Positions 25,775-32,000 of a stretch of DNA of 32,000 bases are shown piece by piece (positions within the stretch are counted from its first letter, which is position 1; the number at the start of each line of letters is the position of its first letter). The notes below the pieces were generated by a model that was given only the letters and a program-made list of their open reading frames with translations, made no database searches and was not told the DNA's origin. The DNA lies in contig NZ_CP034549.1 in NCBI RefSeq assembly GCF_003966335.1, positions 900,001 to 932,000 on the forward strand, given 5' to 3'. Source of the DNA: Nonlabens ponticola (GTDB taxonomy: Bacteria > Bacteroidota > Bacteroidia > Flavobacteriales > Flavobacteriaceae). Position numbers and translations under genes: made by a program.

Positions 25775-25876
25775 AAACTCAAACTTGAATTAGAACTTTA
25801 ATTCGCACTTGAAATGTGAACCTGAATTAGCATGACATGAACTATTAGTCTCTCTGAATTTATTTCAGAGTCTTCC
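25775..25876. repeat. composite repeat, copy C: hexamer-phased tract plus hairpin A
   Basis: The hexamer tract runs from 25775 to 25828 (AAACTC AAACTT GAATTA GAACTT ...). Hairpin A is CTCTGAA-tttat-TTCAGAG at 25852-25870. It lies downstream of the helicase gene. Confidence 0.75.
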
Positions 25877-25994
25877 TAATTAATAGAGATCTTTTTAGAG
25901 GATGACATTAAACTTAATTTCTGATTCATCTTCAAGTTCGCTTTCAATTTCCTAAAGAGTATCATTAGAAATTTAAGAGACAGCGTTATTTCAA

Positions 25995-28454
25995 TCATTC
26001 CCACTTCAGCTGCATGCGCTTGATACGATCTGCTAATTTCTCGCTGCTCAGTTTTTCGCGCAAGCGGTCTGTAATAATAGGGAATGAAAAAGGCGTTGGT
26101 TTTTCACAGGCTTTCCAGACAATTTCTTGATTTTGAATGCGCACCAGCGCTTCACGTAGACGATATTCTTCAATAGCTTGCTCAAAAGTTTCCGTATAGG
26201 CTTGTTTGAAAAGCAAGTTGTCTGGCTCGTTATCTCTAAAAACTTCAAAAAGAAGCTGACTGCTATTCTGTAAGTGAGCTGTTTTAATAGCCTTGTTTGG
26301 ATAACCCGTAAATACAAGCCCAGAGATCACCGCAATATCACGGAATTTCCTTCTGGCCATTTCAGTCGCATTCATGCTGGATTGCAAGTCCTCAGTAAGC
26401 ATGTCTGGTGTTAGCAGGTCATTATCCAGCACCTCTTGCATATCAAACGGCTGATCACTCAATAGTTCAAAACCATAATCATTGAATGCAATCGAGAACG
26501 TAATAGGTTTTAATAAACTGATGCGGTAAGCGATGATGCCTGACATAGCCTCGTGAACAAATCTGCCTTCAAAAGGATAGAACACCGCATGATAGCCTTC
26601 ACGAGTTTTAAAAGTCTCTATCAAAAATTGATGTTTTTGCGGTACGATACTTTCCAATTGCTGCCGCTGGATAATTTCTTTGAGGGCTTTGACTTCTGGT
26701 GTGCGTTTCTTTCCCGTCTGGAAGTTTTCCATCTCGTCACGCAGCAGCTCGCCTAGTTGTGCACTCAACGGTAAGCGGCTGCCTTGCCAATTAGATACTG
26801 TATTAGTTTTTTTAGTCGAATTGCGCACTTGCGCCACCATGCCTTTGAGTCTAATGAATTCCAGTGTTCTTCCAGCAAAAACAAACACATCGCCACGATC
26901 CAGTTTGCTGATGAAATACTCTTCAACTGATCCTATGTAACCACCAGTTTGATATTTCACGGTGACCGTTGTCGCGCCGACTATGGTTCCCATTTGCAAG
27001 CGATGGCGCATGGCGATGGCCTTGCTGTCTATGTAATACCTACCATCATCATCAATGCTTACTTTTTTATACTCATCATAAGATTGCAACGAGGCACTAC
27101 CGTAAACGATAAAATTGAGGCACCATTTCCATTCCTCATCGGTTATACTAGCATAACAAAATGTGTTTTTGACCTCAGGAAAAATATTGTCGGGATAAAA
27201 ACCTCCTGAAACAGCCAGCGTACATAAGTATTGAATCAGTACATCGTAGCATAGTAAATAGGGCAATCGATCTTCAACCGCCTGACTAGAAACGGCCTTT
27301 TGCAAAGCACTTGCTTCAATCAGTTCCAGCGCATGAGTAGGCAGGAAGTGAATCATACTGGTCTCGCCAGGCCTGTGACCTGATCTGCCTGCACGTTGTA
27401 AAAATCGCGCAACACCTTTGGGGCCACCTACCTGGATAATGGTTTCCACTGGCGCAAAATCCACACCTAGATCCAGTGATGAGGTACAAACACAGGCTTT
27501 TAATGACTCATTTCTTATCGCATTTTCTACCCAAACACGCGTTTCTTTATTGATGGAACCGTGATGCATGGCCACTTCACCCGCAAACTCTGGATGCTTA
27601 GACATAAGTGATTGAAACCAAAGCTCACATTGCGCTCTGGTATTTGTAAATATGAGTGTTGACCGACTGGAATTGATGATCTCGACAACATTTTTTAGCA
27701 AATGCAACCCTAAATGACCGCGCCATGGGAATTTATCCATGCTTTCAGGTATGATGGATTGCACGGTGATGTCTTTTTTGAGATTGGCTTTTATGAGTAC
27801 GCTTTCGCGAAAGCGTGACTCGTCAACACCCAATAACACTTGTCTGGCTTGCTCTAGATTACCGATGGTCGCACTAATACCCCAAATCTTGATCTGCGGA
27901 TTAAGTCCCAAAAGTCGCGAAACGCCCAATTCCATTTGCACGCCGCGTTTGGTTCCTAGCAGTTCATGCCACTCGTCTACCACTATGGTGCTGCAATCCC
28001 TGAAGATGCGCTCATGATCTTTGGAACCCAGCATGAGATGCAGACTCTCTGGTGTGGTGATCAGTAAATCAGGCATGGATCGCATCTGTGCGGCGCGTTC
28101 TTTTGTTGAAGTGTCGCCACTGCGTATGCCTACTGTAAATGGTAGGCCGATACCATCCACAAATCGCTGGGATGCTTGCGATATTTCCTGAGAAAGCGAG
28201 CGCAAAGGTGTGATCCAAATAGCCTTGAGACCTTTTTTGGGCTTCTTCTTGTAGTCAGGATTTTCCTTGATGTATTTAAGAACAATCGCCACCCAGAGCG
28301 CATAAGTTTTACCACTACCCGTTGGTGCGTTGAGCAGCCCGTGCTTACCAGCCAACAACGCTTCCCATGTCTTTTTCTGAAACGGAAAACTCGTCCAGCC
28401 TTGCTGCTGGAAATAACTTTCGGCTATATGGAAGAGTTCTTTTTTTGTCATCAT
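25995..28454 (-). CDS. ligase-associated DNA damage response DEXH-box helicase (Lhr-core-like)
   Basis: Helicase motifs are motif I (NAPTGSGKT), motif II (VDEWH), SAT, TSSLDLGVD and QRAGRSGH. The C-terminal part resembles a DEAD-associated domain. The gene is adjacent to the ligase and the MBL exonuclease. Confidence 0.92.
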   Translation of the reverse strand: MMTKKELFHIAESYFQQQGWTSFPFQKKTWEALLAGKHGLLNAPTGSGKTYALWVAIVLKYIKENPDYKKKPKKGLKAIWITPLRSLSQEISQASQRFVDGIGLPFTVGIRSGDTSTKERAAQMRSMPDLLITTPESLHLMLGSKDHERIFRDCSTIVVDEWHELLGTKRGVQMELGVSRLLGLNPQIKIWGISATIGNLEQARQVLLGVDESRFRESVLIKANLKKDITVQSIIPESMDKFPWRGHLGLHLLKNVVEIINSSRSTLIFTNTRAQCELWFQSLMSKHPEFAGEVAMHHGSINKETRVWVENAIRNESLKACVCTSSLDLGVDFAPVETIIQVGGPKGVARFLQRAGRSGHRPGETSMIHFLPTHALELIEASALQKAVSSQAVEDRLPYLLCYDVLIQYLCTLAVSGGFYPDNIFPEVKNTFCYASITDEEWKWCLNFIVYGSASLQSYDEYKKVSIDDDGRYYIDSKAIAMRHRLQMGTIVGATTVTVKYQTGGYIGSVEEYFISKLDRGDVFVFAGRTLEFIRLKGMVAQVRNSTKKTNTVSNWQGSRLPLSAQLGELLRDEMENFQTGKKRTPEVKALKEIIQRQQLESIVPQKHQFLIETFKTREGYHAVFYPFEGRFVHEAMSGIIAYRISLLKPITFSIAFNDYGFELLSDQPFDMQEVLDNDLLTPDMLTEDLQSSMNATEMARRKFRDIAVISGLVFTGYPNKAIKTAHLQNSSQLLFEVFRDNEPDNLLFKQAYTETFEQAIEEYRLREALVRIQNQEIVWKACEKPTPFSFPIITDRLREKLSSEKLADRIKRMQLKWE
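27799..27816. repeat. P1 palindrome copy inside the helicase gene (ACGCTTTCGCGAAAGCGT)
   Basis: It is read on the minus strand as RFRESV, in the context VDESRFRESVLIK. Confidence 0.95.
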
Positions 28455-28487
28455 CGTTCCGCATTAATGGCGGAATCTTTCTTTTCT

Positions 28488-28591
28488 TTGTCATTCTGAA
28501 CTTGTTTCAGAATCTACCTTTCAACTTTATTTAAATTATTTAAACTTCCAAACACGTATCTCGACTGTCGCTCGATACTGGACTGATTTTT
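28488..28591. repeat. composite repeat, copy I: hairpin A plus 37-nt box B
   Basis: Hairpin A is ATTCTGAA-cttgt-TTCAGAAT at 28493-28513. Box B is CGTATCTCGACTGTCGCTCGATACTGGACTGATTTTT at 28555-28591. It lies in the ligase-helicase spacer. Confidence 0.8.
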
Positions 28592-28635
28592 AAAATTCTA
28601 TTCTCTAATCTCTTTTTTCCTTTCTTCATTTCGAT

Positions 28636-30390
28636 CTACATAAACTCACCATCAGTAGGAATGAGTGCTTTCAAATCATCCAGCGTGTTGGCTTCTTCAA
28701 TAGGTTTGTCTTGACGCCAGCGCACGATTCTAGGGAAACGCGTGGCAACGCCAGATTTATGACGCTTGCTGGGTGCGATGCCTTCAAAAGCTATTTCAAA
28801 AACATGATGCGGCGTAACAGATCTTACAGGTCCAAAACGTTCCAAGGTGTTTTTCTTGATCCAGGCGTCTACTTTTCTGAATTCGGCATCGGTGAGTCCT
28901 GAGTATGCCTTTGCGAAAGTCACTAGTTCACCATCTTGCCATAATCCAAAGGTGTAATCGGTGAATAGATTGGCGCGCCTACCATGACCGCGCATGGCAT
29001 AAGTTAACACGGCATCCACAGAAAATGGATCAACTTTCCATTTCCACCAGTCGCCTTTTTTGCGTCCTACCAGATACGGACTGTCCTTGCGCTTGATCAT
29101 TAAGCCTTCCGATCTGCGTTCTTGTGATTTTTCTCGTTCTTCTGCTGCTTCTTTCCAGCTGTTGAACGACATGGTTTCTGAAAGGAGTAGAGGAACTAAA
29201 TCTGAACTTGAACTTGAAATCGAATTAGAGTTGTCATCCTGAACTGGTTTCAGGATCTTCTGGTCGCTAACATTAGGCTGGTCTGATCCACCATCCGTAT
29301 CTCGAATGTCGCTCGAAACTGGATTACTTTTGGGATCTTCATAAGGAATACCATCCATGACAGCATCCACCAGTTCCTCCAAAATCTTCCTGCGATCTTG
29401 GAAAGCCATGTCTCTAATGTCCTTGCCTTGCCATTCTAACAAGTCATAGGCGACGACTACAACAGGAACATCTGCCAGCAATTTTTTACCGACTGTTTTA
29501 CGACCTATTCTGGTTTGTAGATCGTTGAAATTCATGATCTCACCATCCTTATAAGGCAAGATTTCACCATCGATCACGGTGCCATCAGGAATCACGTCTA
29601 GGAATTTTTGAAATTCTGGATATTTATCGGTTACCAATTCCTCACCGCGTGACCAGACAAACAGCTCACCAGACCTGATGATACTTTGAGATCTAATGCC
29701 ATCCCATTTATGTTCCATGCTCCAATCCTGGACGTCTCCTAGATCAGCAACATCGCCTTCAATCGCATAAGCCAAATAGAATGGATATGGCTTGCCACGC
29801 ATGGCAACCTCATTGTCCTCAAAGACCAATTCTTGAAATGTCGTATTCTCGCCAGTCCAGCTACCCATTAATTTGTGAGCCAGTACATCTTGATCGATAC
29901 CTGTTGATGCAGCCAAGGCGCGCGTCATCAATTTTTGCGAGACGCCTATACGAAAGCTACCTGTCATGATCTTATTGAAAACAAATCGCTCATAGTAATT
30001 GAGCTTCAACCAGTTTTCTTGTAGGTATGCTTTCTTTTCTTCATCTGGCTTTTTGCGCAGCTCAATCAACTCACTGACGATGGTAGAAAGTGATTTGTCA
30101 GACGGCTCGCTGGTGGTAGGTAGAATCAACGCAATGGTTTCTGCGAGGTCACCAACAATATGGTAGGATTCTTCAAACAACCACATGGGAATACCGCTGA
30201 TCTCAATCGCCCATTCTCTCATGAGGGTTGTGTTCACTGGTCGTTTAGGTCTGCGATGTGATAGAATGGCGATGGTCCATAGCTTGTCATCTTCAGGCGC
30301 TGTGTTAAAGTACTCGGTTAGCGCGGCTACCTTGAGCGTAGTTTTATTGGTGCCATCAATGGTTCTTATGAGTTCTGCGAATTGTTTCAC
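28636..30390 (-). CDS. ATP-dependent DNA ligase (ligase-associated DNA damage response type) with an internal low-complexity insertion
   Basis: Ligase motifs are motif I (EHKWDGIR), III (DGEIL), IIIa (VVVAYDLL), IV (EGLMIKRK) and V (WWKWK). A roughly 50-aa Ser/Asp/Asn-rich segment sits between IIIa and IV. Confidence 0.92.
   Translation of the reverse strand: MKQFAELIRTIDGTNKTTLKVAALTEYFNTAPEDDKLWTIAILSHRRPKRPVNTTLMREWAIEISGIPMWLFEESYHIVGDLAETIALILPTTSEPSDKSLSTIVSELIELRKKPDEEKKAYLQENWLKLNYYERFVFNKIMTGSFRIGVSQKLMTRALAASTGIDQDVLAHKLMGSWTGENTTFQELVFEDNEVAMRGKPYPFYLAYAIEGDVADLGDVQDWSMEHKWDGIRSQSIIRSGELFVWSRGEELVTDKYPEFQKFLDVIPDGTVIDGEILPYKDGEIMNFNDLQTRIGRKTVGKKLLADVPVVVVAYDLLEWQGKDIRDMAFQDRRKILEELVDAVMDGIPYEDPKSNPVSSDIRDTDGGSDQPNVSDQKILKPVQDDNSNSISSSSSDLVPLLLSETMSFNSWKEAAEEREKSQERRSEGLMIKRKDSPYLVGRKKGDWWKWKVDPFSVDAVLTYAMRGHGRRANLFTDYTFGLWQDGELVTFAKAYSGLTDAEFRKVDAWIKKNTLERFGPVRSVTPHHVFEIAFEGIAPSKRHKSGVATRFPRIVRWRQDKPIEEANTLDDLKALIPTDGEFM
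29193..29332. repeat. composite repeat, copy L, in frame within the ligase CDS: hexamer tract, hairpin A and box B
   Basis: The hexamer tract is at 29193-29230. Hairpin A is ATCCTGAA-ctggt-TTCAGGAT at 29236-29256. Box B is at 29296-29332. By hand alignment, box B matches copy I at about 31 of 37 positions and hairpin A at 26 of 30. Confidence 0.8.
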
Positions 30391-30531
30391 ACGATTAAAT
30401 TTAAACTCAAGTTCAAATCAAAACTCAAATGGTTTTCCTTATTTAATTTGTAAGGCATATTGTTTGAGGAAGAGCTCACTATATTCAAAGAGATCATGAC
30501 TTTAAATTGATTTTTAAATTTTAGTTTTGAT

Positions 30532-31566
30532 TTAATTTTTGTCGGGTTCCAACTCGGCTTCAGGCTCAGATTCATTGAGTGTTTCGCCTTCATATTGCGT
30601 GCGCTCACTGATAGCGTTGAGGCCCTTTTCTTCTCTCAAGTATCTAGCGAAAATCTCTTGATATCCATGTGTGGTAATCACGTTTTCACAGCCGGTGGCA
30701 TCAATGCTTTGTAGCAAACCATCCCAATCGCAATGGTCTGATAGAACAAAGCCTTTATCTATGGCCCGCCTGCGGCGCGCACCACGAAAGGTCATCCAGC
30801 CGCTAGCGCTTGCTGTCGCGTAGGGAACAAATTTGCGCATCCACGCGCTACCGTGTGCACTAGGTGGAGCAACCACGATGTTGCCTATCAAGTCTTTCTT
30901 AGGTGTTTCCCTAGTGACTAAATGCGTCTCAGGAAAATCGATGAGTTCGCGCAGTACCTCGGTCATTTTATAAACGGCGCCATGGCAATAGATTTTCATC
31001 TTACTGGTGTCTAGATGTTTGATAAGTCGTTGTGCTTTGCCTAGCGAATATGCAAATAGGATAGAGGTCTTGCCTTCGGCGTGGTTTTGTGCGCACCACT
31101 CGTTGACATCGCTCATGACCTCAGTCTGTGGTCGCCATTTGAATGCTGGTAATCCAAAGGTGCATTCTGTTATAAAAGTGTTGCATTTGATGGGCTCATA
31201 AGGGGTTGAGATACCGTCATCTTCCGTTTTATAATCTCCTGTAAAAACCCAGACTTCGTCTTTGTGTTCTACCCTAATTTGGCAGGATCCTGGAATATGA
31301 CCAGCAGGATGGAAGCTGAACTTGACGTTGTTGATGTGCAAGCTTTCGCCGTGAGCGATTCCTGAAACATTAATATCACCCAGCCTGTGACTAATGATGG
31401 GCACGTTATCGTGATGTGTGATGTATTTCTTGTGACCCCAGCGACTGTGATCTGCATGGCCGTGTGTAATTAATGCTTTGTCCACAGGTTTCCATGGATC
31501 TAGGTAAACATCTGCAGCATGGCAATAGATGCCGTGGTCTGTAAATTTAAGTAAGGGCTCGCTCAT
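30532..31566 (-). CDS. ligase-associated DNA damage response exonuclease (metallo-beta-lactamase fold)
   Basis: It carries the MBL motif HGHADH and further His/Asp motifs (HPAGH, TFGLP, DHCD, TTHG). It is the first gene of the exonuclease-ligase-helicase set. Confidence 0.9.
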   Translation of the reverse strand: MSEPLLKFTDHGIYCHAADVYLDPWKPVDKALITHGHADHSRWGHKKYITHHDNVPIISHRLGDINVSGIAHGESLHINNVKFSFHPAGHIPGSCQIRVEHKDEVWVFTGDYKTEDDGISTPYEPIKCNTFITECTFGLPAFKWRPQTEVMSDVNEWCAQNHAEGKTSILFAYSLGKAQRLIKHLDTSKMKIYCHGAVYKMTEVLRELIDFPETHLVTRETPKKDLIGNIVVAPPSAHGSAWMRKFVPYATASASGWMTFRGARRRRAIDKGFVLSDHCDWDGLLQSIDATGCENVITTHGYQEIFARYLREEKGLNAISERTQYEGETLNESEPEAELEPDKN

Positions 31567-31617
31567 TGCTTAAAAATAACAAGCGATGCAGGCAGTGACG
31601 TGCGGTTTAAGAGAAGT

Positions 31618-32000
31618 TTATGCGGTAGTCGTGTCAAGCGCTTCATCACTTGCGGCAGGTGGCAAATCATTTTTAAGATCTTCCAAAGCTTGTCGCTGGT
31701 TGCGGTCATACTCTTCTTTCTCATTCATGGCCGCGATCAATTGATCTGTGGCTAGAATGATGCCATTGTACCGATCCTGATGCTCACTCGCGGTGCGAGT
31801 TGTGTATGATAAGTAGGATTCATAGCTTCTAGAACGAACGAGCAATACCTTGATGCGTGATTTGATACGTTGCTCATCAAAGGCATCGGGAACGTTTTCC
31901 AGCATGGATTCAGCATGTGTCGCTAGTCGCGTTGTGGCCGCCTTACTGTGATCATAGTTTTCTAAAGCAGTCTGAAACCTTTCAAATTCTTGCCAGTCGC
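31618..32000 (-). CDS. hypothetical helical protein, 5' end outside the window
   Basis: I read the minus-strand frame as open upstream of the listed ATG (31905) all the way to position 32000, so the gene is probably truncated by the window edge. I recognise no family. Confidence 0.45.
   Translation of the reverse strand, partial: DWQEFERFQTALENYDHSKAATTRLATHAESMLENVPDAFDEQRIKSRIKVLLVRSRSYESYLSYTTRTASEHQDRYNGIILATDQLIAAMNEKEEYDRNQRQALEDLKNDLPPAASDEALDTTTA

Noticed and set aside
25616-25801. A 61-aa plus-strand ORF (MVLRAFFPKFLGIGLYATTCLLAGR...KLKLELEL) in the spacer downstream of the helicase
   Set aside because: It is entirely a read-through of the P2 palindromes and the hexamer tract. It starts with a non-ATG codon, is low in complexity, and has no promoter or terminator context.
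25912-25955. A third copy of box B downstream of hairpin A in copy C (..ATCTTCAAGTTCGCTTTCAATTTCC..)
   Set aside because: It sits at the expected distance after hairpin A, but identity to box B is only about 60 percent by eye (ATCT..TCGCT..). That is too weak to call without a statistical alignment.
28905-28920. GCCTTTGCGAAAGT inside the ligase gene as a ninth P1 palindrome copy
   Set aside because: It has two mismatches to the 14-bp core and is not a palindrome. It encodes TFAKAY in a conserved part of the ligase. I treat it as a chance resemblance or, at most, a decayed copy.
30387-30608. A 73-aa minus-strand ORF bridging the exonuclease-ligase spacer
   Set aside because: It is out of frame with and overlaps the exonuclease 3' end. 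Its sequence is alternating low-complexity text (KIKSKLKFKNQFK, SFDLNLSLNLIV) produced by the hexamer-phased tracts.
1-32000. A genomic island, prophage or defence island
   Set aside because: I found no integrase, transposase, phage structural gene, flanking tRNA, toxin-antitoxin pair or restriction-modification gene. Housekeeping genes (thyA, ileS, lspA) are interspersed throughout. I did not compute composition, so a subtle island cannot be formally excluded.

Overview
This looks like an ordinary chromosomal segment of a Bacteroidota genome, probably Flavobacteriaceae-like. Supporting signs are GLPGLI-family proteins, a CarboxypepD_reg-type outer-membrane barrel, the ileS-dksA-lspA arrangement, TAnnTTTG-type -7 boxes and few Shine-Dalgarno sites. 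I call about 28 protein genes. I see no rRNA, tRNA, CRISPR array, transposase or integrase.

Gene content, left to right:
- thyA
- a two-gene ergothioneine module, egtB-egtD, joined by an ATGA overlap
- an M43 lipoprotein metalloprotease
- a DUF427 protein
- an OmpR-type response regulator and histidine kinase, divergent from two GLPGLI paralogs plus a 922-aa outer-membrane barrel
- a DUF2071 protein
- an alpha/beta hydrolase
- a translationally coupled operon of four genes: retropepsin-like protease, RimK, M14-like deacylase and 5-formyl-THF cyclo-ligase
- a PAS histidine kinase with a single-domain receiver
- lspA, a secreted beta-repeat protein, dksA/traR and ileS
- a DUF3095 protein with palm-cyclase-like motifs
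- a ligase-associated DNA damage response cluster of MBL exonuclease, ATP-dependent ligase and Lhr-like DEXH helicase, with no pdeM

The most unusual signals are at the DNA level:
1. A perfect palindrome, GCTTTCGCGAAAGC, extends to 22 bp and occurs 8 times. Half the copies lie inside intact ORFs, where they are read as AFAKA or [S/R]FRES.
2. A second palindrome family, ACCTGCCTGCCGGCAGGCAGGT, has one degenerate copy nested exactly in the centre of a copy of the first family.
3. A composite repeat (hexamer-phased tract, a hairpin showing compensatory substitutions, and a 37-nt box) sits at junctions of the ligase cluster. One copy lies in frame inside the ligase ORF.
4. Three GTTAAC boxes spaced exactly 10 bp apart lie in the divergent promoter between the two-component system and the GLPGLI/barrel operon.

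All family assignments come from motif recognition by eye. No database search was run.
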